A stretch of DNA of 64,000 bases from the human T2T-CHM13v2.0 reference genome, Homo sapiens. The position numbers and the translations under genes were made by a program. Every line of letters starts with the position of its first letter. Within the stretch, counting starts at the first letter, position 1. Below the pieces are notes generated by a model. That model was not told the origin of the DNA and made no database searches. It saw only the letters and a list, made by a program, of their open reading frames with translations. Shown one piece after another: positions 14,655-29,354 of this stretch. Where the stretch lies: the NCBI RefSeq assembly GCF_009914755.1, contig NC_060928.1, one strand, 5' to 3'.

Positions 14655-15599
14655 TGAATGAATAAATACAATAAAATCTATTCTTGGAATCAGTATGGTA
14701 ACTGACAGTGCATTTCAGATTACCTTTACCTCTACATGGTTCAGTTTAATGTAGCTAGAAGTCTTGCCATAGATTAAATTTTAAAATGATTTTCTGCACT
14801 AATGATAAGAGGTTGGTGGTCACCTTGATCAATAAGGAAGTGCTAATCACATATGAGTCAATTCAGATTAACTCCCCAGAAATTACTCTATATCCACATT
14901 TATGTGAGTGGATGTCCAGAAGAAAGTATATAGTAAGTCTCTTTGTTTGGAGAATCGTAAAGGAGAAACTGCTTCACACCAAAAACAGAATGGGGAAATA
15001 GAAAGTTGTGAGAATTATGGGTCCTCAAAATGGTAGACATCTGCACCCACCATGATCAGATAATCCAGAGCAAGCTTGCAACCTAGGAGGAGGGACCATG
15101 GCAAATAGTCCTTGTATAAGTGCCTGGATCAAGAGCTGGAGTAGAGGACACAATTAATCTGCCATTGCCATTCCACATGCAGTAAAGAAAATGTTGCTTG
15201 CTAATTCCCTGGAGAACCCAAGAACAGATGTGCTGAGGCCAACTGAATATCACCCAGAATTCCCTACCTAGCACTCAAGGCTCCATTGATTTGCCCAGAT
15301 AGATGTCAAATATCCAGTGCTATCAGACTGGTCATTTTTTCCTTATCAGATATGCTCTTACAATATACATTTGTCATTTTTCAGCTAATTGCTCAAATTC
15401 CAATTTCCTCCAATCCTATCCATCTACTTTCCTTAAGATATAATGGCAAGACATCTTCCTCTCGGCCTTCCTTGACTAAACTAATCTCAGATTTCCTGTG
15501 GAAATTATAAAAATAATATCTTAGATTTGCAGAGAAGTTGAGAATCTACAGAGCACATTCACAGTAGTGTCCCCCCACTTCCCCTCCCACACACACACC

Positions 15600-16030
15600 T
15601 TCTTTCTGTGTCCTAACCGAAAATCTCAGACTGCCTTGACCATTTCGTGACCCGGCCAGACGCAGGTTTTTCCCAGCAGGCTTGAACCCAAACTGGGGCT
15701 TTGAACATTCCTAAGTACTAATAAAGGCATCTAGGTCGTTGTCCAAAACACTAAAACTAACTGGCTCTAGCCCTGAGCTGAATTCCTGAAACCCTCATAT
15801 GAACTCCCTACCCTTACCCGCTTCTGCAGACAAACCTACGTAGAACGCCCCTTTTGTCTTGTGTATCTCAAGGACTGCTGCAGCCCTCTGTAAGTTCCCC
15901 TAATAAGTGTTTTGGACAGATCACCCTGGTATTTGGGCTTCTTTCTTTGGAATCTCAACTGGCTCCATCTCAGGACAGTTTGGGGCATGCTCTTGTGGGG
16001 ATTCCCATGCTCTGGGGGTGAGTCCAGCTT
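15600..16030 (+). mobile_element. ERV1/MER4-group LTR fragment (subfamily uncertain)
   Basis: LTR-like composition with a TATA-like region and poly(A)-like ctaataag...tttg segment; recognised by eye only. Confidence 0.5.
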
Positions 16031-17059
16031 CAGATTCTGCATTCACATACTGACTTAGATAAATACACAGCAGTGTACTATTTTATAGACACATGTTTTT
16101 CTTGTACGTGCAAGCCCTATAGCCTTTCCACGGCTTGCTCTTCCCAGTCCTAGTAGGGTTCACCCAGGAGTACACATGTTAATGAAGAAATAAAATTAGT
16201 TTATTATACTGAAAAGTACTCCCAGGGCATTTGTCATGATAACAACTGAGTTTATTTTGTTATTTCAGTGATGAAAGTGCTTGGTAATGATCCAAAGCAA
16301 ACCAATCTTTTTCAAAGTTTTTAGTGTTTAGTGTTAACAAAATTTAGTGCCTAGTGTTGACAAAATTCCCTACCTGACACAGTATTAAAACGTTTTACAT
16401 TCAATTCTCTCAAAGACTCAGGTATGTGCTACATACCCATTTTGTAGATTAAAAAAAAAACCCAAGTCTTAAAAATGCTAACTAATTTGCCCATATAAGC
16501 AGATTGAGAATCTGAATCTGCTCTGTTTGACTTGAAAGCAGAAGCCCTTAGGAATCACACTCTGCAGTCAGGCACTATTCTATTACACACAGTGTATCGG
16601 CAGGGCTGCAGTACAACAAGAGGTCATCCCAAATATCACCAGGGACATTCAGGGTCTAAAGCAAATATGTACAACTTCCTGGGGCCTCAGGCAGAGTCAT
16701 GCAGTGACTAAGGGAGGCATGCAGTGACTAAGGGAAGAAGAGGCTGAGGCTAAATAAGACTGGAAATATTCAAGTAAACCATGCTCCCACCTCATCCTCA
16801 AGATAAAACGAGCTTTTCTTGGGGAAAAAGGACTGAAGGCTTCATTTTCACACACACCACTGAGGTTTCAGGTGTTTAAGAGGTTGCCTTACCTTCTTTT
16901 CTTCTTTAGTGCTACCTACTAATCTTCATTTGAACCAGATTTATCTGACCGTATTAATAGATTCAGGGTTTGAAAAAGGTCAGGACACAGTGAGAGCCTC
17001 AGTCATTAGCCTAACAGTCTAATTTTCTTTTCCAAATATATTCAACTATTTCCTTTATT

Positions 17060-17733
17060 GTTGTAGAGCATAATGGATAAATGCACAGATTTTGTTTCAC
17101 CATTCTCTCACTGTAGGACCTTGGAAATGTTGCTTAACTTCTCTGTGCCTCAATTTACTCATCTGTAAAGTAGGGATAACAATGGCACCTATCTCTTTGG
17201 AGATATTGTGAGGAATAAATGAGATAGTGTATATAACATACTTAAGATATTGCTGACCCAAAATAAGTTCTCCATAAGTATTTGCTATTATAATTATTAT
17301 ATAAGTCATGTGTCATAAGGATTATAAAAAATGATAGCTAATATTCAATGAGCAATTATGCTAAGTGCTTCCCATTTATTTCTCATATAAACCCTGGAAG
17401 GTAGATATTCTTACTGTACCAATTTACATGAAACAGAGGCTCAGAAATGTGAATCCACAAATTACCTAGGCAACAAATGATAGAGTTAGAACTAAAGCCT
17501 ACCAATCTACTCCAGAATCAAGCTCTTAACTACTATATTATTTCAAGTAGGTAATGATACTTGCTAAAAGATACTAAAGTTTTGCTCTGTGCCAGGCATA
17601 GTTCTAATAACTTTACAACTCTTTCCTCAATTAATTATCACAGCCACCTTATGGGATGGATGCTTTTATTGTTTTCAATATACAAAGGAGAAAACTGAGG
17701 GACCAGCATTAGATAACTTGGCCAAGATCACAT
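17060..17733. mobile_element. Cluster of three MIR fragments (one +, two -)
   Basis: MIR cores tgtgcctcaatttactcatctgtaaa, gaaacagaggctcagaa and gaaaactgagg. Confidence 0.7.
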
Positions 17734-17735
17734 AT

Positions 17736-18116
17736 TGTATTAGTTCGTTTTCACTCTGCTATAAAGAACTACCAAAGACCAGATAATTTATGAAGAAAAG
17801 AGGTTTAATTGACTCACAGTTCATCAGGCTGCACAGAAGCATGGCTGGGAGGCCTCAGGAAACTTCCAGTCATGGCAGAAGGTGAAGGGGAAGCAAGTTC
17901 ACCTTACCACGGCAACGCAGGAGAGAGAGGGCAAGGAGGGAAGTGCTACACTTTTAAACCATCAGATCTCATGGGAACTCACTCATTATCATAAGAACAG
18001 GATGCGGGAAATCCACCCCCATGATCTAATCATCTCCCACCATGTCCCTCCCCTGACACTTGGGGATTACAATTCATCATGAGATTTGGGTGGGGACACA
18101 GAGCCAAACCATATCA
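17736..18116 (-). mobile_element. MSTA-type MaLR solo LTR inserted in a MIR
   Basis: tgtattagtt...gagccaaaccatatca; TSD catat/cacat. Confidence 0.9.
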
Positions 18117-19319
18117 CACATCTAGTATATGGTTAAGGTAAGTGTACCCCATACTAAAAAGTAAACAAAGCAGAGGTGCTAAATTTTCATCTCTGTGACC
18201 TAATACCAGATAGAGGATAACAATTTTCAAAAAGGAAACTCCCTTCTGCTATGTTCATCTAAACAGTTTCTAAGCCAGTGTGACTAAGAGAAAGACTCAA
18301 TACTAGAATCATAAAAGAACTGATTAAATGCTAATATATTCTGTTTTGCCTTACTACTCAATCATTTTCCACCTCTACTAGCAGGCATTTTCAATAGTCA
18401 TTTTTAATGTCCTATACAATTTGAATAGAATATAATTCTCTATTAGCAAATATGGATCAATTTTTCACATGAAGCAAGACCATTGATTTCATTTGGTTCA
18501 TGACCCAAGGAAGTTATGGACAACACAGGGAGAGATGGTGGCTGAGTATTCATTCTATGTAACTATGACACAAAGGAGAATCTGCCAATGATATACTTAG
18601 CCAAAACCCGCAGGAATTTACAGTCATGACTTAACAATACTAATGGATAACAATTGATAAGGTGTGAAACAGGATCACACACTAGCCCAATATACTCTTG
18701 AAGTCTTTGTGCAAATTAGAAAGACGAGCTTTGGTTTGCTGAGCATAACACAAACTTGGCTGTAGCTTCTGCACTCTAGACCAAGGGCTTGGTGTATGTT
18801 CCAAACAGATCTCAATGAATCTGAGACAATATGGGAAGGTATTTTTAGAAGTCTTAAGAGACATGATCAATAGCAAAAACAGAAACATACTGATATAGAT
18901 CTTGAGAAAAGAATAAATACATGAGTCCAAAAAGGAAAATGGCAAGCCAATTTTCTTTACAGGACAATTGTGTGGGAGGACGGCAATGTGTCATAGGAAA
19001 TAATACTTGTCAATGGTTAGGACAAACTTTTTAGATCCCTTATATTTATATCAGAATTAAGTACTTGACTTGCTGGAGGAAAAGCACAAGAGGAATATAT
19101 GAAAGAGCAATGAATAAAATTTAAGATTTTTGTGGATATTTTAGAATGTTACTCTAGGTAATAAAAAGGTCATGATCAATTATGTTATCACAAATTAACT
19201 ACTAGAAGACAAATAATTAATTAACAAGAAATGGTAAAGGACCCCGATTAGGAAAAGAGAAGACATGATGACAATGGTAATAAAAATTGACCAAAAAAGA
19301 AAAAAAAAAAAAACACCGG

Positions 19320-19540
19320 CAGCTACTGAGCACCTAATGCTATGAGCTTTACCTTCATTACCTTCACAATAACCTTATGGGAAAGCACCATTATTAGTAC
19401 CATTTTACAGATGAGGAAACTGAAGCGTAAGAGGTTACGTGACCTAACCAGGATCTCATGTAAAATAATAGAACTTGGATTTACACCCAGGCAGTTTAAC
19501 TCTGGAGTTTACCTACTTGACCAACAGACTATACAGCCAT
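19320..19540 (-). mobile_element. MIR
   Basis: cattttacagatgaggaaactgaag core. Confidence 0.8.
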
Positions 19541-21050
19541 GGGTTAAACTGAAGAAAACAGCCAAAATTGACAAGAACACTGATGCAGGTAACTAGACAC
19601 ATCAAATGTTGTCCCATCTCCATTTGCGTAGGGAAAAGTCAGAATAATGATGTCCCTGATAGCGATGGAATACGTGACCAGAATAGAGTGATAAAAATAA
19701 TGAGATACAATGAAATTCAAATACTGTTAAAATGACTTCTCTACTAAGCAGGAAAATAGTTTACAATAAGGAAGACTTAGAATAAACAAAATGGAATGAA
19801 CTTCCATGCCTGGCTTCATCTTGCCTTTTTGGAATTGACTGAGAACAAGTTTGCTGTGTAGGCGTTTCGTGGTAATCACTTTACTATTATTAACAATGAC
19901 AATAGTTCCAGGCAGTATTTCATATTTACATAGCAGCCTTCAACATAGGAGCAAAAGAACCTGGCAAACATTCTCATTTTTATTATTGATGGCTTAGATT
20001 AATAAAGTGTCTTCCTGTCAGAGCTCATTAATCCTTACACAGACTCCTGTGACACAAAAAGGCAAGCAATCCATTTCTACATTTTACATATGGAGAAACC
20101 AAAGCTAAAGGACCTGTGCATAATTGCTTAGCAAGACTGTAGCTGAGCCTAGAATGAAATCATAAAGAACCCAGTGTTTTCCTGCCCTTGAGTGAAACTC
20201 TCTCATTTACAGCTTCTTACTCCAAATTATCTGAGACATTGGGGCCTTCTTTAACAATGAGACCCTCCTACTCAGATTTTTACTGCCTCTTGTTCAAGCT
20301 GGATTCCCTCTCTCTCCTTCCTTTTAACTGCTCATCCTGCCTCTCTTACCTCTCTTCTTCAAACCAACATTACTGCCAGAATCATTTTCTTAAACCAGTT
20401 TAGAAAAAAAGGAGAGGTTCTTCATCATCTATAGAAACAGACCCCAAATTCCTTCACAGATCATTCAGGGCCTCCCTCAGTCTGGCCCCAATCTATTTTC
20501 CTAGCCATGTCTCTGATGCCATGTCCCCTATGCATAAGCCACGCAAGCCTAAACTTCTGAACTCCAAACCCACTCTGCTCCTTGATCATTCTGTTCCCTC
20601 TTCCAGAAATTACCTTTCCAACTCCAGCACTATCAAAATATGTTCGCATTTCCACCCCAGTGCTGTCTTCCTCATGAAGACCTCCTGACCTACCATCTGT
20701 AAAGGACTGCTTCCTCCAGCTCCTCCATGTTTAGTCTTATTTGTAACACTCACCACATTCTACCTAGGACTACAGGGACTTATGAAAGTACATCCCTCTT
20801 GTTAGAACGTTCTGTCACTGAGATTCCCAGAGTCAGGTTCTATGTCAGATTTTGTGACAGGTAATGGGTGAAAATGAGAAACATCCCTGCTTTTGTGAGG
20901 CTTATAGTCTGGCAGCCTTCCTCATTTATGGTACCTTATCTAAATAGCAAAACACTATTTTCTCGATTTTTTCAAGGGTGTTACATAATAGTGCCATGCT
21001 AGATGCATAAAAGAGACATTTATTCATTACATACAACAGATACTTTTTAG

Positions 21051-21561
21051 GAGTGGTTCTCAAAGTATAGTTCACGGACCCCTGAGTGTCCCCAAGACCT
21101 TTTCATGTGGCCCCCAAATTAGTCAAAACTAATTCCAAATAATATGAAGACATGGTTCAACATTGTCACTCTCGTACTCTCACAGGTATATGGCAGTCTT
21201 CCAAAGGTGACTTGATGTATAGTATAACAAAAAATTGAAACAATAGGTAGATAGGAGAATTCAGCTGCCTTCTGTTAAAGCAGTCATTAACCAGATTGGC
21301 AAAAGTGTAAAACAATGCCACTTTGTCACTAAATTATTTTTATTTCTTAAAAGTAGTTTTCATAAAAAGATAACTATTTATGTTAACATGTAATGGGTTT
21401 ACAATCATTGATTTTTAAATAAATTACATAAATATTTACAATTTTATATTTTAATTTATAAAATGGTAAATACCAGTGGCTACAACAAAAATTCTTTAGG
21501 TTTCTCATTACCTTTCAAGAATATAAAGGGATCATGAGACTAAAACATTTGAGAATTACTG
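21051..21561. mobile_element. hAT-Charlie non-autonomous DNA transposon (MER119-like)
   Basis: Terminal inverted repeats gagtggttctcaaa / tttgagaattactg. Confidence 0.7.
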
Positions 21562-21628
21562 CCTGAGGGCAGTGGGCTCATGTCTCTCTGCAGAACCTCA
21601 TTTGAGAATGCCTGGGTAGAAGCTGAGT

Positions 21629-21892
21629 TTAGAGACAGGGTCTTGCTCTGTCACCCAGGCTGGAGTGCTTATCACAGTCACTGCAGCCTCAACCTCCAGG
21701 GCTCCAGGAATTCTATCCCCTCAGCTTCCCGAGTAGCTGGGACTATAGGCACATGTCACCACACTCTGCTAATTTTTTCGTAGAGTCAGTGTCTTGCTAT
21801 ATTGCCCAGGCTGGCCTCAAACTCCTGGGCTCAAGCGATCCTGCCTCAGCCTCCCAAAGAGCTGGGATTACAAGTGTGAGCCACTATGCCTG
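21629..21892 (-). mobile_element. Alu (AluJ-type)
   Basis: Diverged reverse Alu. Confidence 0.9.
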
Positions 21893-22069
21893 CTCTCAAC
21901 TTCTATCAAAGAAACTATCCTACTGTGTGGGATTTATTCACAAGATTTTCTTCTTTCTCTCCCCACCTCCAAAGCCCCCTACTTTAATAGTGAGCTGCTT
22001 AGAAACAAAGTGAAATTTATCTTTGTTTCTGCAGCACCTGGTACAGAGTAAACAGTCAGTAAATATTCG

Positions 22070-22156
22070 TGGGAGGGAGGGAGGGAGGGAAGAAGTGAGG
22101 GAGTGAGGGAGGGAGGAAGGAAGGGAAGCAGGGAATATGAGGGGAGGGAGGAAGGA
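22070..22156 (+). repeat. GGA/GGGA purine-rich low-complexity tract
   Basis: gggagggagggagggagggaagaag... Confidence 0.9.
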
Positions 22157-23156
22157 ACTGTGTGATATTTAATCTTCCAAGACTCTACCACAGTAATCTG
22201 CCCATTGAAAATGTCTGTTAACTTCATGTAAATGTGTTTATGTTGATATCATACCTAAAGTGACCAAGGCACCAATAGTTTCACCTGATATGTTAGAAAA
22301 TCCCAGTAGAGTTTAGAAATCATTATTTCTAAAGGCAAATTTTAAAAGATTTCTCTTATAAGTAAATTAATAAACAAATACTTGTGCACACTAGTCTTTC
22401 AATAGCAAAGGATAATTTTGGGATAAAGAATGATGCAAACCTGGAAAATTGATATAGTCAGTTTGGCTGGCTATGCATAAACTATCTTCCTTATGTTTAG
22501 CACATCTTTAATAATTAGAAGTGACTTCCTATAGCTAAAATATCTTATTTATTGATTCAGAGTAAATAAGAATGGGCAGAATTAAGCTGAAGACAACAAA
22601 ACGGGGAAAGTTAAAGCAAAATTGTGCATTAGCAAGTCCCTCTCTAATAGCCTTCTGAGCCCCCTCTTCCCCTCGTAGCTGCTTTGCATCCTCATGGAGT
22701 CCTTCACTAGCCAAGGCTTCCCTCACCAAGGTACCCCACTTGGATGAGACCGCTTAGGTATCATCTCATTCTTTAATTCAATCTGTGTGCAACTTAATCC
22801 ACATAATTTTTACAATTAAAGAAATTTAGACACCATCTATTACAATTCTCTCATATACAGTTGAAGCTCAGCTTTGTCTTATCTTGAAATTATTCTTTGC
22901 TGTTGAAGAACTGGTGTGCACAAATATTTGTTCATTGATTACTTATGAGAGAAATCTTTTAAAATTCACCTTTAGAAATCAGGATTTCTAAACTGTACTG
23001 AGATTTTCCAATATACTCGGTGAAACTATTGGTGTCTTAGTCACTTTAGAAATTAAGACTTGCCCAAGGGAATATTAATTCATGACATAGCTGGGATAAA
23101 AATCTAGCTTCAAGGGCTCTTCCTTTTCCAGAAACTATATGAATAAATCTTCTAAA

Positions 23157-23265
23157 CTCGAACAAACACTCTGCTCTAGACCATTCTTGATTCCCTCTCC
23201 ATATAAAAATCTTGAACAAAACACCCCGCTCTAGACAATTCTTGATTCCCTCTCCATATAAAAAC
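23157..23265 (+). repeat. Two-copy tandem duplication of about 54 bp
   Basis: gaacaaa..gctctagac(c/a)attcttgattccctctccatataaaaa occurs twice in tandem. Confidence 0.9.
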
Positions 23266-23719
23266 TTTTCCTATATATTCCTGCAGTGTCCTGCTATTTT
23301 AATGCACCATATTTATTCAAATGTGGTTTTAGTACCTATGATCCAAAATCCATTACGACCAATTCACACCTTAATTCAAGTTAGTTTATCAGGTTAGCAA
23401 GCCAATCAATTTGCCTCATAACATTTCTGTTTGAATAGCAATGGTTGAAGTCTTCAACTAAAAGAACAAGTGGAAATTTTATACATGATATCAGATTCAG
23501 AAGCAGAGATAGATGAAAACAGAATGTGTTTTGGTTCCTTAAATTATAACACAGAGTCAGACATCTATACAAAGGACCAAAACTACAATAAGTGCAATGA
23601 ATGAGAGCTTATTGCCTGTGATGCTTCACTTTGTTAACCTGAACCCTGGTTGGCAACAGGATAGTAGGATAGTCAAACAAACATATGACATGATATAAAG
23701 GTGTCACAAGCTATCTTCA

Positions 23720-24262
23720 CTGGATTGATTCCAGGACAACCCCGGAGGATACCAAAATCCAAGGATGTTCAAACCCGTTATATAAAATGGTAGTATCTGC
23801 ATATAATTTACACACATCCTCCCATATACTTTGTCAACTCTGCATTACCTATGGTACCTAATACAAGGTAAATGCTATGTAAATAGTTATTATACTGTAT
23901 TGTTTATAACAAGAGAAAAATGTCTGTGTGTGTTCAGTACAGACATAACCATCATAGGCCTAACTACATTTTCAAACCATGGTTGGTTAAATCTGCGGAT
24001 GTGAAACTGCAGACACAAAGGGCTAACTATATTAGTCTGAAACTCACAAAAGATGAAATATGGTCATTCCTTGGTATATCCGGGACCTCAGGTCTCTAAC
24101 CAAATCCACACATACTCAAGTCCAACAATCAGCCTTATAGGAAAAGTCAGCCCTCCGTATCTGGAGGTTTCACATCCCAGGAATACTGTATTTTTAACCC
24201 AAGTTTGTTTGGAAAAAAAAAAAAAAAAAAACACATCTAAGTGGACCCACACAGTTTAAACA
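23720..24262 (+). mobile_element. TcMar-Tigger elements: MER2-like (about 23720-24030) then MER8-like (about 24060-24262)
   Basis: ggattgattccaggac...ataccaaaatcc and gaatactgtattttt...taagtggacccacacagtttaaac. Confidence 0.7.
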
Positions 24263-25031
24263 TAGCTGTATAGCTTAAATTGTTTCCTACCCACTTTTTC
24301 ACGTAGTTTTTGCTAAATATATTTTATTCAATCTTTTTGGCAGGGAATGAGTACAATATTATATATGTACTCATGTGTGTGCACACACACATATGTCTTA
24401 ATATAAAAGAGTATCTTTATTAAGATTTATATATATCTTAATAGACTAAACTCCAAAGTAGAATTGCATTCATTCTTAAGATTTATAAGTGACTTTCTGA
24501 AAGCAGTACTATCAAGATTGTCCAGTCAAATTTGAAAGAGCTTAAAAGTCAGTCTCAGGATTTAAAGCACTAACAAACCACCTGGGCCCTCCAAAAGTAC
24601 AAATAGAAAGAAAACTTTAAATTTATGGTATCTACAATGCAAATAATAAATTATCACATAAAATGAATGCTGTTAAACTATACACTAAATTTTTCAAGTC
24701 TTAACCTGAATAGCTTTGTTATGTTAACCAATTTTTCATTAAAATCTCATACTTTGATTTTAATACTAGTTCCTCTGATACTGGTTATCAAAACACAGAG
24801 AATTCTTTATGAAGAACCTAAAATTTTTGCAGATGCTTACTCAGTCTTCAAATAAACTCCAGGAAAATCCCAATTTCTAAGAGAAAGCATTGAATTTGTG
24901 CTCCTGATCTGGCATCAAATTACTTGGGAACTCTCAAACAGTGACAGCCCCATCTTCCTAAGACACATAGCTACATGTTCTACCAATCAGTGGAGGAAAA
25001 AAGTTTGTAAAAATTTTATACAATACTAGAG

Positions 25032-25381
25032 TGTCTTAGTCCATTCAGGCTGCTATAACAAAATGCCATAAACTTGGCAGCTTATAAACAACAGAAATTT
25101 ATTTCTCAGTTCTGGAGGCTGGTAAGTCCAAGATACAAATAGATCCGGTGTCTGTTGAGGTTTCGCTTTCTGGGTCATAGACAGTGCATTCTTGCTGTAT
25201 CCTTACATGGTGGAAAATACTAGCTAGCTCTCTGGGGTCTCTTTCATAAGGACACTAATCCCAATCACCTCTGTTTTCATGACCTAATCACCTCTCAAAG
25301 GCCCCATCTCCTAATACCATCTCCTTGGGGTTAGGACTTCAACATAAGAATTTGGAGGGAACACAAAATTCAGAACATAGT
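25032..25381 (-). mobile_element. MLT1A-type MaLR solo LTR
   Basis: tgtcttagtccattcaggctgctataacaaaat...aaattcagaacatag. Confidence 0.88.
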
Positions 25382-27167
25382 CTGGGGCTACTTATATCGG
25401 TTTTACCAGGTTAAATACTCCTAAAGATTTAATTTCCCATCTTGGTAACTGCTGCAGCCATTGAGAAGCAAGACAGAACAGCACCACAGAATTAAACATT
25501 TCTGAATATTCTCTTATTCATCTCATTTGTAAGGTATTTGATTCCACAAATCTGTTATGCTAATTTCTATTTCTCTTCACTTTGATTGTTACTGTTACTA
25601 TTCCTTGGAATTCTTATCCATATACTTACCTGGAATTCAAACCATATCAATATTTTAAGGCTCTATTTAGGTCCAATATTCATCTTTAACACTACAAAGA
25701 AGACAGCACAGTAATAAGCATATGCTCCAGAGTCAGAATCATGCACCACTAGCTGCATGACCGGTGGCACATTACTAAATCATCTGTGCCTTGTCTTCAC
25801 CTTTTATAAAATAGGAATGTTCAGTAGTATTGCTGTCAGGCTCAAGTGAACTAGGACATGCAAAGCACTATGAACAGTGCTTGGCATGAAGTAGGCACTC
25901 TATAAATGTTAGCCACTATTGTAGTTCTTTATTATAACCCCATTCTTCCTGTACTTCTCTGAATAACTATAGATTCATAAGTAATAGGGACCTTAGATCC
26001 TACAGTCATTTAGTTCAATCTCCCACACAAAGTAGTATCATCTCTAAAAAGCTCTTCATACTTGGTCAACCATGAAGATGGTTAAATACTTTCAGTGATG
26101 AAAACTTTACTACTTTTCAAAAAGCACAGGCTCAAACAGTTCTTATAATAAAAAAAAAATTTATGTGCAGTACCTACTATCTACTCTTTGGTCTCTTAGT
26201 TCTGCCTTCAGTACAACTTACAAACAATCCTGCATCCTCTAGCCTCTTTCATATGAAAGCCGTTAAATATTGAAGGCAGTTGCTTGGTAAGTTGCACTCT
26301 CTTTCACTCTCTAGCGCTGCCACCCTCCACCTCGATCTTTCCTCTTCATTTCTCTTCTCCGGGCAAAACACTATAATTTTTCTTGACTGTCCACCACAAG
26401 ATATGTTTTCTATATCTTCACCATCCTCAACAAAATCTTCAGGACTCATTTCATTTTATGAAAGTCATTCCTAATAGAGGGCACTAAAAGCTACACATAA
26501 TATTCCCAACAGGTTCTGAATAGTAAAAATGACAGAACAACAGTTTGTTTAGGAAAGTAAGGCAAATTTTGGAAAAATTTACTTAATAACAATCATCAAA
26601 AAACAATGCTGTTAAATGAGCAATTAAGTTAAATTTTTCTTCTGAGAGATTGGCAAACAACATAGGCTATTACCTAACCTATTTAAATAAGATTATGGAC
26701 TCTCTGCCAGGCTGCCTTCCACATTGTATCCAGAGACAGAATTTGTGATGCCTTTGTGTAAACTGCTTTTGTCTCTATGGAAGTCTCTTTAGCTATGTGT
26801 TTTTTTCTTCATGTGTCTGTCTTTGTCCTGCTTCTGCTTCTTTCTGTATATCAATCTCTTTCTCATTCTTCTTTCTTTTGTCAATCATTCAATAAATATT
26901 TATGCAGTGCCTATCAAGTGTCAGGCGCTGTATGAGGTATAAGAAATTCAAAGATGAGTCTTGCTCAAAATACCCCCTGGCTAAGGTGGGAGGCAAAGCA
27001 GACACAAACAGATAATAAACAGATAATAAGATACTATGGTAATACAGTGAGGTAGATAATGCACAGGTTACTGTGAGAACACCAAGAATGATTGAATGCT
27101 GGATGAAAGGGATCTGAGAGGTTTCCAGGAGGAGATAGAATCTTATGAAATCTAAAGTGATTCTAAA

Positions 27168-27340
27168 CAGTACTCTCAAACTTTAACATGTATTTAAATC
27201 CCCTAGGAATCTTGTGAAAATGCAGATTCTTAATCAGTGTGTCTGTCTGAGTAGTAGGACCTCAGATGCTGCATTTCTATCAGGCTCCAGGAGATGTCCA
27301 TGCTGCTAGCCCCCAGACCATCATAGAGTCACAAACGTCT
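27168..27340. mobile_element. MER5A-like hAT element within an L2 (-) starting at about 26880
   Basis: cagtactctcaaact...aaaatgcagattc...ctgcatttcta. Confidence 0.7.
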
Positions 27341-27521
27341 TAAAGGATGGAAAGGAGTAAGTAAGGGCTGTGCAGAGTGAATACAGGCAGTATAAACAGC
27401 ATGAAGTAAATCACAGAGGTAGGAAACACCTGAGTAGATGTGATGAGACTGAAGCACACTGGTGTTTCCAGGCAATTTAAAAGGTCAAGAGTATCTAAAA
27501 TGGGGATGGATGGGAGTATGA

Positions 27522-28127
<606 letters not shown>

Positions 28128-28732
28128 AGAAGTATGGCATGTCTTAAGGAAAAGGGAAGTTATTACATGGATGACAGAGTATATTGAAAATTCTTTAAGT
28201 AGGGCAATTATACGGTAACAACTGCAAATCAAATAACAAGTCTGGTGGCTTCACTGGTAGAATAATGGACAAGAAGATAGTATGCTAGGCTACTTAAATA
28301 AACCTGCCAAAGATGATGATGAGGACCTAAATTATGGCAGTAACAACAGATTTAGATGAAAAAGGACTTGTCTGAGAAATGGTTAGGAAATAGAATAGGT
28401 TGATTGTGTCATCACTCGTTAATTTAAAAATCAGGTGGTTGTTATTTCTTTGCATTTTTTTGCAGGCATCGTATCTATTCTTAACCTGACACTTAGAAAC
28501 ATGTGATCTTGGACAAGCCACTTACCCTCCTTAGCAGTTGCTTCCATATCTTTAAAAAAAAGTGAAGATTTGACCCAAATGAACAGTGTCATTGCTTTAA
28601 ACCCTAAAATTTATGAGCCTGTGAACTAAATTCATCTCATTGAATTGTAGATTCACAAAATGTACTCTTAGTACCTACAATACCTGGACTTTATAAAATG
28701 AATTATTAGTACCTACCACAATATCTGTATTT

Positions 28733-28871
28733 TATATATATATATATACACACACACACACGCAATATATATATGACAATGTATTGTACAATATATGTAC
28801 AAAGGATGACAATATATTACAACATTAGTCATACAATGTGTGTGTGTATATATATATACAGTGTGTATACA

Positions 28872-28907
<36 letters not shown>
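28733..28907 (+). repeat. Compound (TA)n/(CA)n/(TG)n microsatellites
   Basis: Direct reading. Confidence 0.95.
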
Positions 28908-28908
<1 letters not shown>

Positions 28909-29354
28909 TTTATGACAAATATTGAATCTACCTAGCCGACAGGTATTAAAACTTGAGACTTTAAAAATCCTTCCTCTTGTTTGCCCACCACATTCATTAC
29001 CAAGTCCAGTTGTTTGTTACATATGCCCTACTAGCAATTCTTTGGTTTATGCACTTATTTTTTTAACTGGATTCCTGCAATAGCACCTTAGATGTTCTCC
29101 CTGGTTCCAACCAAATCCCCTTCCAAACACCGAGAAACTGAAGAATTCTGGAGTCAGAAAGACTTGGGCTTGAATGCTAAGTCCACTGTTCCTTAACTAT
29201 GTGATTGTCAGCAACTGATTTAACCTCTCTAAACCTTGGTTTCCTTACCTCTAAATTACAGGGATACTAGGAAGATGAACTATTTGTAAAGTACTTACTA
29301 TAGTGCCTATTACACAGTGAGAACTCAATAAGTGTTAGTTATCATTTTGAAAGA

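Noticed and set aside
22535-22729. Protein-like ORF (VREALASEGLHEDAKQLRGEEG...)
   Set aside because: Non-ATG start, no good flanking splice sites, no recognised homolog.
25624-25632. Perfect minus-strand donor CAG|gtaagt
   Set aside because: No adequate upstream acceptor; isolated consensus donors are expected by chance.
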